DNA of 64,000 nucleotides from Salinivirgaceae bacterium (GTDB lineage: Bacteria > Bacteroidota > Bacteroidia > Bacteroidales > SZUA-534): assembly GCA_050251815.1 (NCBI GenBank), contig JBFWMB010000012.1, positions 6,234-70,233 of the forward strand. Reading direction: 5' to 3'. A model generated the notes under the pieces. The model made no database searches, was not told the DNA's origin, and worked only from the letters and a program-made list of their open reading frames with translations. Positions 36,964 through 46,359 of the stretch are shown one piece after another (positions within the stretch are counted from its first letter, which is position 1; each line of letters begins with the position of its first letter). The position numbers and the translations under genes were made by a program.

Positions 36964-37533
36964 ATGATTAAAATAGCACTTTTTGCCTCTGGTTCAGGAA
37001 CAAATGTCGAAAATATAGCCCGGTATTTTTCAAACCATGCTGCCATTGAAGTAGCAGGAATATTCTCGAACAATGCCCATGCCTACGTTCTGGAACGGGC
37101 CAAAAAGCTGGAACTTCCATCGGTGGTTTTTAACCGAAGCCAGTTCTACGATTCCGATTGGATATTGAAGCAACTAAACAATTTTGAAATTGATTGGATA
37201 GTGCTTGCCGGTTTTTTATGGTTGGTGCCCCATCAATTAATACATGCTTTCCCAAGCCGGATAATTAATATTCACCCGGCTTTGTTGCCCAAGTTTGGGG
37301 GTAAGGGTATGTATGGCGACCGGGTGCATCAGGCCGTGGTGGCCAATGGTGAAAACGAAACAGGTATTACTGTTCATTTTGTAAACGATCTTTATGATCA
37401 GGGAACAATTATTGAACAAAAAAAGGTGCCGGTTTTGCCAACCGACACCCCTGAATTGGTAGCTCAAAAAGTTCATGCGCTCGAGTATGCGTTTTTTCCT
37501 CCAATAATTGAGCGCACAATACTTTCGGAATAA
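36964..37533 (+). CDS. purN: Phosphoribosylglycinamide formyltransferase
   Basis: Motifs are IALFASGSGTN, LAGFLWL and INIHPALLPKFGGKGMYG. ATG is at 36964; the ORF track starts at TTG 36958. Confidence 0.9.
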   Translation: MIKIALFASGSGTNVENIARYFSNHAAIEVAGIFSNNAHAYVLERAKKLELPSVVFNRSQFYDSDWILKQLNNFEIDWIVLAGFLWLVPHQLIHAFPSRIINIHPALLPKFGGKGMYGDRVHQAVVANGENETGITVHFVNDLYDQGTIIEQKKVPVLPTDTPELVAQKVHALEYAFFPPIIERTILSE

Positions 37534-37534
37534 T

Positions 37535-39583
37535 TTATTGTTTTATTTTGGTTAACGCCTCATCAACGGCGGTTATAATCGACTCATTTGAAATTTCATG
37601 ACCGGTAGCCCTTTTCATCCAGGTTTGCGGAGTCAGGCGCCCCATGCTGAACATTCGTTCTACTTCTGTGGACAATTTTTTTCCTTTTAAGTGCTGTTCA
37701 ATTTGAAAGTCGATTAAATGACCAAAGGAATACGCAGACAAGTACAGTGGATAAGCAATCATGTGAGAGTAGATAGCCAGAATGGGTTCATCTTTTACCC
37801 CAAATACTTCGGCATAATAACTGTTCCACACTTCGTTGGCAATAGTAAGGGTTGCATTTTTTAGCTGCTCGGCATCGGCATTTGGATTGGCATAAAGCCA
37901 TTTCCAAACCTTCATGTCAACCATACTAACACCCATTATTTCATAAATACTCCAAAAGGTATCCAGTGTTTTTAAGGCATCCTTATCCGGATTGGGGTCG
38001 TTCATGTCGAGTAATTTTAAGTCTCGGCTTTGGAAAATAAAAGCCAGGGCTTCGGTAAATGCTGTATTGGGAACTCCATGCAACATGTAATAAGGTACAC
38101 TGTGCAGCGAGATGGTTTGTTCCACATTGTGTCCAAACTCATGAACAGCAATGTTGTATCCTTTATAGTTCATCCCGGTTTCTGGAACGCGGGTACGCAG
38201 GTACGAATACATGTCATGCATTTCAGCGCCTAATGCATGGCCTGAACCACGGGCTGCCTGAACGGTTATTTTTGAAGCCAGGAATTTAGCCCGTTCCTTA
38301 TCCCATCCCAGTTTAACCAGCATGTTGGGCATGTCAGTTTCAAAAGCTTTGGCATCGGGATATTTTTTTTCAGTTTTGTTATTGAGGATATCGGCTGAAA
38401 TGGAGCTGCGGGCTTTAAAACCATCATACCAAATGTCGTAAGGTTGTAATTCGCGTCCCAGTCGGGTTTTTATTAATTCAGCTACCTTTTTTACCTGGGG
38501 AGCACTTAAGAATTCATGAAACAATTGTTCTACCTCAGGCTGGGCAATTTCCATGTTTCCTGAGAAGCTGCGTTCAATGTAAGTGTTCATTACCGGGTAG
38601 TAGGCATCCATGGCTTGCAAAGCCTTAAAACTGTTTATGATTTGTTGGTAGCGATCCGTATTTTCAGGAGTAACCGAAACCGGCTGGTTTTGATCATAAA
38701 CTATATTATCGTAAGGATTCCATTGGTATTTTCCTGAATTTATTACTTCCCTGGGAATGCTTTGGTCGATAATCCGCTTCATTACCTGATACACCATCTG
38801 TTGTTTTTCATAACCCTTTTGTGCATCGGCATAGTTCGATTTTATTTCGTCACGAAGGTTCCAATGGGTTAAAAGAATCATATCATCAGTAAACAACTGC
38901 TCATTTTCCGCATTACGCAAGCTTCCCATGTAAATATTGTAGGCTGAAATATAAATGTCGGCACTGGTATTTGCCTTAGAATATTGTTGTTTCAAGTGGG
39001 CTGGTACACGAGCTGCAAACAGGTCGCCCAGACGGGCCCAGGCCCATTCTTCATTACTCCATTCGGACCCCAGGCTCTCTTTTTCACTTAAGGTGAAATA
39101 GGGGAAATTCAGGGCAATTACAAAAGCAATTTTGTTTGCGTACAAATCATCGTTCAGGTGAGCGCTTGGATTGTATGCTCCAAACATTTTGTCGATTTCG
39201 TGCAGCGGACCATTATCTAAAGTCAGGTTCAGGTTCAGACCTACACCCATTTTGGTAAAGTTACCCGTCAGGTTTTCGAAATAATGTTCAAGTTTTGAGA
39301 ATACCAACGATTTTTCTTCGTAGGTTTTCAGGTAATTATCGAGGCAAAACTGCTGAAAAACTGTTTTGTCGCCATCGGTTTGTCGCCATAGTGATGCGGC
39401 GTGTTTTACTCCTTTTACTATGAGTTGAGCGTTGCTATTGGGGTTAACTTGTTGCAAAAGTTCAATGGTTTGGTCAACAACTTCTGCTGAAATGTTGGCC
39501 ACCTCACCCGGTTTTTTTTCAGTTGATGGATTGCAAGCCGCAAAAAGCATCAGTACCAGGGTGGCTATCCCAATTTTTTTCAT
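37535..39583 (-). CDS. Lipoprotein, putative gluzincin-type zinc metallopeptidase of uncertain family
   Basis: 682 aa with lipobox FAACN. It has a single HEXXH (AVHEFGHNVEQ) with a candidate third ligand about 27 residues downstream (AFTEALAF). I do not recognise the family with confidence. Confidence 0.5.
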   Translation of the reverse strand: MKKIGIATLVLMLFAACNPSTEKKPGEVANISAEVVDQTIELLQQVNPNSNAQLIVKGVKHAASLWRQTDGDKTVFQQFCLDNYLKTYEEKSLVFSKLEHYFENLTGNFTKMGVGLNLNLTLDNGPLHEIDKMFGAYNPSAHLNDDLYANKIAFVIALNFPYFTLSEKESLGSEWSNEEWAWARLGDLFAARVPAHLKQQYSKANTSADIYISAYNIYMGSLRNAENEQLFTDDMILLTHWNLRDEIKSNYADAQKGYEKQQMVYQVMKRIIDQSIPREVINSGKYQWNPYDNIVYDQNQPVSVTPENTDRYQQIINSFKALQAMDAYYPVMNTYIERSFSGNMEIAQPEVEQLFHEFLSAPQVKKVAELIKTRLGRELQPYDIWYDGFKARSSISADILNNKTEKKYPDAKAFETDMPNMLVKLGWDKERAKFLASKITVQAARGSGHALGAEMHDMYSYLRTRVPETGMNYKGYNIAVHEFGHNVEQTISLHSVPYYMLHGVPNTAFTEALAFIFQSRDLKLLDMNDPNPDKDALKTLDTFWSIYEIMGVSMVDMKVWKWLYANPNADAEQLKNATLTIANEVWNSYYAEVFGVKDEPILAIYSHMIAYPLYLSAYSFGHLIDFQIEQHLKGKKLSTEVERMFSMGRLTPQTWMKRATGHEISNESIITAVDEALTKIKQ

Positions 39584-39855
39584 CTTTTATGAATTTATGT
39601 TAATGAATTTTTGTTTGCCGATAAAAGTCGTTTATCAACAGTTTTTTCTCCTATTTTTTGTTGGCTATAAAAGTAATAGCTATTTTCAGAGAAAAACAAA
39701 AAATACATGAGCTAAAAAACATACAGACTTGATTAGCTTGCAAGACCCAATGGAAGTATGTAAATTTGTGGCGCTCCGGTATTAATTGCAACATGTTTTA
39801 GTTGCCGGATTTCCAATCACTTAAATGTTTAGTTATGGTATTTGACCGGTTACGG

Positions 39856-40341
39856 ATGAGGCAGGAAAAAATAACACGCGAAATTGAACGCAAATTTTTG
39901 GTGCGTGATGATTTTCGGTCGATGGCAGCTGGAAAATTTGAAATAAAACAAGGATATCTTTCAGTCGAGCCGGAGCGTACCGTGCGAATACGTATTGCTT
40001 CAAAAAAAGGTTTTCTAACCATTAAGGGACCCAGTGATGCTTCGGGCATGAGTCGTTTTGAGTGGGAACAGGAAATTTCGCTGAGTGATGCTGAAGGTCT
40101 GTTGAAGCTTTGTCTTCCCCATATTATTGAAAAAACCCGTTACGTAGTTGATTACGAAGACCATGTGTTCGAAATCGATGAGTTTCATGGAGTCAATAAC
40201 GGTCTTTTACTGGCCGAAGTTGAACTATCGTCAACAACCGAAGAATTCTCCCTGCCCGAATGGATTGGCCAGGAAGTAACCAACGACCCACGGTATTACA
40301 ATTCGTATTTAAGTAACCATCCGTTTGGCACTTGGGAGTAA
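39856..40341 (+). CDS. CYTH-domain protein (triphosphate tunnel metalloenzyme / CyaB-like)
   Basis: It has the N-terminal EIERKFLV signature with alternating charged beta strands. The start was chosen at ATG 39856 (MRQEKITREIERKF); the ORF track extends to 39802. Confidence 0.75.
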   Translation: MRQEKITREIERKFLVRDDFRSMAAGKFEIKQGYLSVEPERTVRIRIASKKGFLTIKGPSDASGMSRFEWEQEISLSDAEGLLKLCLPHIIEKTRYVVDYEDHVFEIDEFHGVNNGLLLAEVELSSTTEEFSLPEWIGQEVTNDPRYYNSYLSNHPFGTWE

Positions 40342-40431
40342 GCTTGGGTTAATTGCTAAAAACAAGTAGTTTACCCTGTTTAGTTTCGCTTTATTTTATA
40401 CATTTGCCCTCCTGTTTTTGACGCAATTGAT

Positions 40432-41655
40432 ATGAAGGGATACGAATATTATACTTTGGCCAATGGCATTCGGCTGATACATCAACAAAGTACCGGCAAG
40501 GTAGCTCATCTGGGGGTTATCATCAATACGGGTTCGCGCGACGAAACTCCTAATCAGCATGGTATTGCTCATTTTATTGAGCACGTAATTTTTAAAGGGA
40601 CACATAAACGGAAAGCCTATCATGTAATTAGTCGGCTTGAAGATGTGGGAGGTGAGATTGACGCATATACCACCAAAGAAGAAACCTGCATTTATGCATC
40701 GTTTCTGAAAGAATATACCAGCCGAACCATGGAACTTTTTGCTGACATTATTTTTAATGCCTCGTTTCCGGTAAAGGAACTTGAAAAAGAAAAAGAGGTA
40801 ATTCTCGACGAAATAAATTCCTACAAAGACAGTCCGGCCGAATTAATTTTTGACGACTTCGAGGAGCAGATTTTTGATGGTCATCCTATCGGGCGGAATA
40901 TTCTGGGAGAACCCAATTTGCTGAATACTTATAAACAAGCCGATTTGTTGCGCTTTATTGCCGATAAATACCATACCGATCAAATGGTTATTTGCTCGGT
41001 GGGTGATATCAATTTTAACCTGTTGAAGCGGTGGGCCGAGAAATATTTTGGCCCGGTTAAGGCCAACCTTCGACAGGAAAGGCGAATGGTACTTAATGGC
41101 TACAAAGCGGAACAAAAAGTAATAAAAAAAGATACGTTTCAGGCACATTGCATCACCGGAAACCGCGCCTATTCCATCGATCACAAAAACCGCCTGCCAC
41201 TGGAACTGCTGAATAATATTCTGGGTGGGCCGGGTATGAATTCGCGCCTAAACCTGGCCTTACGCGAACGTCATGGCTATACCTATAATGTAGAATCATT
41301 TTATAATCCGTACAGTGACACCGGAATTGTGGGCATCTATTTTGGTACCGAACCCGAAAAAGTGGAAAAAAGCCTGAGAATAATTAAGTTGGAAATTCAG
41401 AAACTTCAGACCACCACCCTGGGAATCCTGCAATTGGAGCGGGCCAAAAAGCAAATGATTGGTCAAATGGCCATTGGTGCCGAAAATCTTTCGGGATTAA
41501 TGCTGAATATCGGACGAAGCTACCTGCTCTTTGGTAAAGTGGATCCATTGGAAAAGGTTTACGAAAAAATTCAGCAACTTACCGCCCAACAATTGATTGA
41601 AGTGGCTAATGAGGTTTATGATTACAAGCAACTCTCTACCTTAACCTACCTCTAA
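40432..41655 (+). CDS. M16-family (pitrilysin/insulinase-like) zinc peptidase
   Basis: 407 aa with the inverted zinc motif HFIEH (GIAHFIEHVIFKGT). Confidence 0.85.
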   Translation: MKGYEYYTLANGIRLIHQQSTGKVAHLGVIINTGSRDETPNQHGIAHFIEHVIFKGTHKRKAYHVISRLEDVGGEIDAYTTKEETCIYASFLKEYTSRTMELFADIIFNASFPVKELEKEKEVILDEINSYKDSPAELIFDDFEEQIFDGHPIGRNILGEPNLLNTYKQADLLRFIADKYHTDQMVICSVGDINFNLLKRWAEKYFGPVKANLRQERRMVLNGYKAEQKVIKKDTFQAHCITGNRAYSIDHKNRLPLELLNNILGGPGMNSRLNLALRERHGYTYNVESFYNPYSDTGIVGIYFGTEPEKVEKSLRIIKLEIQKLQTTTLGILQLERAKKQMIGQMAIGAENLSGLMLNIGRSYLLFGKVDPLEKVYEKIQQLTAQQLIEVANEVYDYKQLSTLTYL

Positions 41656-41709
41656 TTACCAGGTAATACCCTGAAGGATCCCCGGAGACTGTATGAATGG
41701 GAAAAAATT

Positions 41710-41732
41710 AAAGCCTGAAGGGTTCAGGCTTT
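41710..41732. terminator. Bidirectional terminator
   Basis: AAAGCCTGAA-ggg-TTCAGGCTTT forms a 10-bp stem between convergent genes. Confidence 0.75.
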
Positions 41733-41756
41733 AAAAACTGTGCTGTTAAGTCCTGT

Positions 41757-42323
41757 TTATTTCTTAATCCAGGGTTTGCCCATGCTCAGCACTTCTTTTC
41801 CGGCCACCTCGTTAATGATAACCACAGCCATCATGTACCAGGCTGCCAGTGCGCAGCATATCAATTCGTAGCCGGCTATTTTATTCATCAGGGGAAAGCC
41901 AAAATGTCCCAAATCCAAAAGAATAAAACCGATTAGCAATAAGGTAAAAGTAATGGCCATGGCACTGTGAATATGCCACGAAGCCACCCAGAAAATCAGG
42001 GTTAACAGGGTCCATGCAATCAGGTAATAACCCACATCGCTAGTCGACGAGGAATAAATATCTTGATGGTTGAATATCCAGATAAAACCCAGGCCAATCC
42101 AAAAGGCTCCATAACTGGAGAAGGCGGCAAAGCCAAAATTATTTCCGGTTTTTTGTTCCATAAAACCTGCTACCAACTGGGCAAATCCGCCAAACACAAA
42201 TCCCATAGCCACCACCGGACCCAGGCCCATAAGCCCAATGTTGTGCAGCTGAAGCAGCAATGTGGTAAGGCCAAAACCTGCTAATCCAACAACTGCAGGA
42301 TTTCCAATTTTTCCGTTTGTCAT
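41757..42323 (-). CDS. GPR1/FUN34/YaaH-family acetate/succinate transporter
   Basis: 188 aa with six TM segments and the N-terminal NPAVVGLAGFGLTT signature. Confidence 0.85.
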   Translation of the reverse strand: MTNGKIGNPAVVGLAGFGLTTLLLQLHNIGLMGLGPVVAMGFVFGGFAQLVAGFMEQKTGNNFGFAAFSSYGAFWIGLGFIWIFNHQDIYSSSTSDVGYYLIAWTLLTLIFWVASWHIHSAMAITFTLLLIGFILLDLGHFGFPLMNKIAGYELICCALAAWYMMAVVIINEVAGKEVLSMGKPWIKK

Positions 42324-42577
42324 AATGTTTACTGTTTAAAATAATTGTCATGCTTCGATTGGGCACACTGGCTAACTAGTTTGGGTGTGCCGCCAGAATT
42401 TAATCACCGACATGACCGGTTAATTTTTTTTTGAGGCTGCAAAACTAATCGAATTCTTTCCAGTTGATTCCTAAATCAAGAGCTTTGATGCAGTTTTTTT
42501 CGTTCAAAAAGGATCAACTTAGGTTTTTTAAGTTCCGACGTTTTTAACTTTTTGACCATCTGCCTGAGTGGACTCAT

Positions 42578-42606
42578 AAAAAAAGCCCGAAAGAGAAGAT
42601 CCGGGC
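42578..42606 (-). terminator. Rho-independent terminator downstream of the aspartase gene
   Basis: On the minus strand GCCCGG...CGGGC is followed by TTTTTTT. On the plus strand this reads AAAAAAAGCCCGAAAGAGAAGATCCGGGC. Confidence 0.55.
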
Positions 42607-42631
42607 AATTTTTATTTAAATCTTTTGTGGC

Positions 42632-44500
42632 TTAATGCATCTTCCGAGGGCGAATCATGTTTTCCGGAGTCAAAATATTGTCGAGTTCCTCTTTCGAGAG
42701 CAGGTTTTGCTCCAGCACCAAGTCGTAAACACTACGGTTGTTTTGCAGTGCTTCTTTTGCCAGTTTACTACATACCTCGTATCCTAATGCAGGATTTAAT
42801 GCAGTTACCAGGCCAATACTGTTTTGAACCAGTTCGCGGCAACGGGTTTCATTAGCAGTAATTCCATCGATGCAGCGGAAGCGCAAGACTTCCATACCGT
42901 TTTTCAACATCTCAACACTTTCAAAAATACTTTGTGTAATAACCGGTTCCATTACGTTCAATTCCAATTGTCCGGCTTCAGAAGCAAGGGTAACTGTAAG
43001 GTCATTACCAATTACTTTAAATGCAATCTGGTTAACCACTTCGGGAATTACCGGATTAACTTTTCCAGGCATTATCGATGAGCCAGGCTGCATCGGGGGC
43101 AGGTTAATCTCGTTAAATCCGGTACGTGGCCCCGACGAAAGCAGCCGCAGGTCGTTACTGATTTTTGATAGTTTAACCGCCAGTCGTTTGATAGCCGATG
43201 AGTACATGATAAATGCGCCGGTGTCCTGGGTGGCTTCAATTAAGTTTCCGGCCAGTTTAATGTCGAGACCGGTAACCTCTTTTAAATGTTTGACGCAAAG
43301 TTCACTGTAGCCGGGTTCTGAATTAATGCCGGTTCCGATAGCGGTGGCGCCCATGTTCACTTCGAGAAACAGTTGTACATTTTGTTCCAGCCGTTCAATC
43401 TCTTCCGAAAGGGTTACAGCATAGGCTTCAAATGCCTGTCCCAGTGTCATGGGAACGGCATCTTGTAACTGGGTGCGGCCCATCTTGATAATGTCACGAA
43501 AATCGCGCGCTTTGGTATTAAACGATTCAATAAGGTCTTTAAGCACCTCGATAAAACGGGCATTGTTTAAAATAAGCGCTATTTTAACTGCCGTGGGATA
43601 TGCATCGTTGGTCGATTGGCTCAGATTTACATGATTGTTTGGGTGACAATATTGGTATTCTCCTTTTTTGTGACCCAGAATTTCCAGAGCGCGGTTGGCA
43701 ATTACCTCGTTAGCTGCCATATTGGTTGAGGTTCCGGCACCTCCCTGAATCATATCAACGGCAAAGTTTTTATGGAATTTTCCCTTAATAATCTCGTCGC
43801 AGGCGGCTACAATGGCATCGGTTATGGTATTGTTTAAAAGCCCCAGTTCGTTGTTTGCTTTGGCAGCAGCCAGTTTTACCATGGCAAGCGCCTGAACAAA
43901 CACCGGATAAAAATTCAAGGTTACCCCACTAATGTTGAAGTTTTCCATGGCACGCAGGGTTTGAACCCCGTAATAGGCTTCTGCCGGCACATCGCGGTCA
44001 CCCAGTAAATCGTGTTCGCTGCGGGTACGCCCCGAAACATATTGAGCACCTGCGTTGGTGAGGTGTGCGTTAGCCTGGTTCATGCGGCGTGCTACCAGTT
44101 TGGCCAGGTAGCGATATACTTTAGCGGCCAGTTCTTTATTGTCGTCGAACAGTTCTTGCATGGTTTTGCGACTCAACGACAATACAATTACATCGGTCAT
44201 TGCCCGGGCAGTGGTGGAGTGTGGCGAATTGTCGATTAACGATCCCTCTCCAATAAAATCATATTTCTGGAAGAACGATAAACGGCGTTCTTCGCCAAAG
44301 GGAGTGCGGGTAAAAAGTTCAACCTCGCCTTCGTAAATTACAAAGATGGCTTCGCGTTCCGAGCCTTCTTTAAAAAGGTAGGCACCTTGTTTAATCGCTT
44401 TTTCGCTGAACTTGGCAGCGAGCAAATCTATTTCGTCGGTGTTGAGTGAGTCAAACAGTTGAACTTCAGTAATAAAGTTCGATATCTTTTGCTTGTCCAT
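42632..44500 (-). CDS. aspA: Aspartate ammonia-lyase (class II fumarase/aspartase family) with an N-terminal cyclic-nucleotide-binding (CAP effector) domain
   Basis: 622 aa. aa ~10-135 has the cNMP-binding fold pattern (LFKEGSEREAIFVIYEGEVELF...FIGEGSLI...RTATARAMTDVIVLSL). From aa ~150 it reads RSEHDLLGDRDVPAEAYYGVQTLRAMENFNISG. It has the signature GSSIMPGKVNPV and TQLQDAVPMTLGQ. Confidence 0.85.
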   Translation of the reverse strand: MDKQKISNFITEVQLFDSLNTDEIDLLAAKFSEKAIKQGAYLFKEGSEREAIFVIYEGEVELFTRTPFGEERRLSFFQKYDFIGEGSLIDNSPHSTTARAMTDVIVLSLSRKTMQELFDDNKELAAKVYRYLAKLVARRMNQANAHLTNAGAQYVSGRTRSEHDLLGDRDVPAEAYYGVQTLRAMENFNISGVTLNFYPVFVQALAMVKLAAAKANNELGLLNNTITDAIVAACDEIIKGKFHKNFAVDMIQGGAGTSTNMAANEVIANRALEILGHKKGEYQYCHPNNHVNLSQSTNDAYPTAVKIALILNNARFIEVLKDLIESFNTKARDFRDIIKMGRTQLQDAVPMTLGQAFEAYAVTLSEEIERLEQNVQLFLEVNMGATAIGTGINSEPGYSELCVKHLKEVTGLDIKLAGNLIEATQDTGAFIMYSSAIKRLAVKLSKISNDLRLLSSGPRTGFNEINLPPMQPGSSIMPGKVNPVIPEVVNQIAFKVIGNDLTVTLASEAGQLELNVMEPVITQSIFESVEMLKNGMEVLRFRCIDGITANETRCRELVQNSIGLVTALNPALGYEVCSKLAKEALQNNRSVYDLVLEQNLLSKEELDNILTPENMIRPRKMH

Positions 44501-44695
44501 AATGTTGATGTTTATACTTTTTGTAGGGCGAATGTGATTCTTTTTTTAAAACTGCCCAAGCAAAAGTATCATATAAAAATGTACTTTACAACACATATTT
44601 CTTACGTTTTTTTAGGGTTAAGGAGACTGATATTTTTTTGACTTATCTATATCGGGATGCTTATATTTTTCTACTTTTGAGCAAATTTTTAAAGC

Positions 44696-45613
44696 ATGGT
44701 TCAATCTCATCTTGGGGAGCTGATAGCGTTGGGAACAGCTGTATGCTGGACCGTTACCGGACTGGCTTTTCAACAAGCCACTCGCCGTAGTGGTTCCTTA
44801 TCGGTAAACCTTATTCGTTTGCTGATGGCTTTTGTAATTTATGCAATAGTTTCGTGGTTTTTGCGCGGACGTTTTTTTCCTACCGATGCTTCTGGTTTTA
44901 ACTGGCTGTGGTTGAGTATTTCAGGTCTGGTAGGTTTTGTATTTGGCGATTATTTTTTATTTAAAAGTTACGAATACATCAGTGCGCGCATCTCGATGTT
45001 GGTGATGTCGCTGAGCCCGCCCTTTGCCGCTTTTATCAGCTGGATTGCCCTGGGCGAAACCCTGAGTTTTCAGGCGATGCTGGCTATGGCTGTAACCCTT
45101 TCGGGGATTATATTAGTGGTTACCGAAAAGAAAAAACTGGATGACGAAAAACTGGGAAAGAAGAAAGGCTTGCAATTTTCGTTTTCGCCCAAAGGACTGA
45201 TTTTTGCTTTGCTTGGAACTATTGGTCAGGCCAGCGGCCTGGTGCTTAGCAAATATGGTATGGGCGACTATAATGTGTTTGCTGCCACACACATTCGGGT
45301 CATTACGGGTAGTGTAGGCTTTGTTATTCTTATTACTTTAATAAACCGGTGGCCGCGCGTTACTGCTGCTGTAAAAGACGGTAAAGCTCTTCGCTTTATG
45401 GCGATTGGAGCAGTTTTTGGTCCCTTTGTCGGGGTTTACCTCTCGCTGCTTTCGGTTAAATTTACTTCAGTAGGTATTGCATCAACCATTATGTCAATTA
45501 TTCCGGTACTGATAATTCCTCCGGCAATTCTGCTTTATAAGGAAAAAGTTACCTTAAAAGAGGTACTGGGTGCAGTAATTACTGTAGGAGGCGTGGCTTT
45601 GTTTTTTATATAA
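44696..45613 (+). CDS. EamA/DMT-family transporter
   Basis: 305 aa, 10 TM segments, two EamA repeats. Confidence 0.8.
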   Translation: MVQSHLGELIALGTAVCWTVTGLAFQQATRRSGSLSVNLIRLLMAFVIYAIVSWFLRGRFFPTDASGFNWLWLSISGLVGFVFGDYFLFKSYEYISARISMLVMSLSPPFAAFISWIALGETLSFQAMLAMAVTLSGIILVVTEKKKLDDEKLGKKKGLQFSFSPKGLIFALLGTIGQASGLVLSKYGMGDYNVFAATHIRVITGSVGFVILITLINRWPRVTAAVKDGKALRFMAIGAVFGPFVGVYLSLLSVKFTSVGIASTIMSIIPVLIIPPAILLYKEKVTLKEVLGAVITVGGVALFFI

Positions 45614-45759
45614 AGAATTTTGCAGGAATGGATTCAGACGATTGTTGCTTCAGAGCTTTGCGGTTTTAAAACGTCACTTTTACTTTTAGCCAAAAAGCTT
45701 GAGGTTTGTAGCTCATTTTTTGTAGTTTTGCCCGATTGTAAGCCAAAGTTAAAAAATCT

Positions 45760-46341
45760 ATGTACGAATACATACAAGGTACCATAGCAGAACTTACACC
45801 TGCCACAGTAGTTATCGACAACCAGGGTGTCGGTTATCATATTCAGATTTCGCTAAATACTTATTCGGCCTTATCAGGAAGAGAGCAGGCTGTTGTTTTT
45901 GTTCATCAGGTGGTGCGCGATGATGCACATCTTTTGTATGGCTTTTTCAACAAAAGTGAGCGCGAGATATTCCGCCAGTTAATATCGGTTTCAGGCATTG
46001 GTTCAAACACGGCACGAATGATTCTTTCATCGCTAAGTCCTGACGAAATCAAAGAAGCCATTCTTTCAGGTAACGTTAAACTTTTGAATAATATAAAAGG
46101 GGTAGGGGCTAAAACGGCGCAGCGCATCATTGTCGATTTAAAAGATAAGGTGGGCAAATCGGACCTGAAGGGAGAATTTTTCCAGACCCAGAGCAATACA
46201 AACCGCGAAGAAGCGTTATCAGCATTAGTAATGTTGGGTTTTGTTAAAAGCAGCGTCGAAAAAATTCTTGATAAGCTGTTGCAGACAAATCCCAACGCCA
46301 GTGTTGAGGAACTGGTGAAACAAGCTTTAAAATCGTTTTAA
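45760..46341 (+). CDS. ruvA: Holliday junction branch-migration complex subunit RuvA
   Basis: It starts MYEYIQGTI...GVGY and has HhH motifs (ISVSGIGSNTARMIL, IKGVGAKTAQRIIVDLK). Confidence 0.95.
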   Translation: MYEYIQGTIAELTPATVVIDNQGVGYHIQISLNTYSALSGREQAVVFVHQVVRDDAHLLYGFFNKSEREIFRQLISVSGIGSNTARMILSSLSPDEIKEAILSGNVKLLNNIKGVGAKTAQRIIVDLKDKVGKSDLKGEFFQTQSNTNREEALSALVMLGFVKSSVEKILDKLLQTNPNASVEELVKQALKSF

Positions 46342-46359
46342 TTAACTGTTACCATTGCC

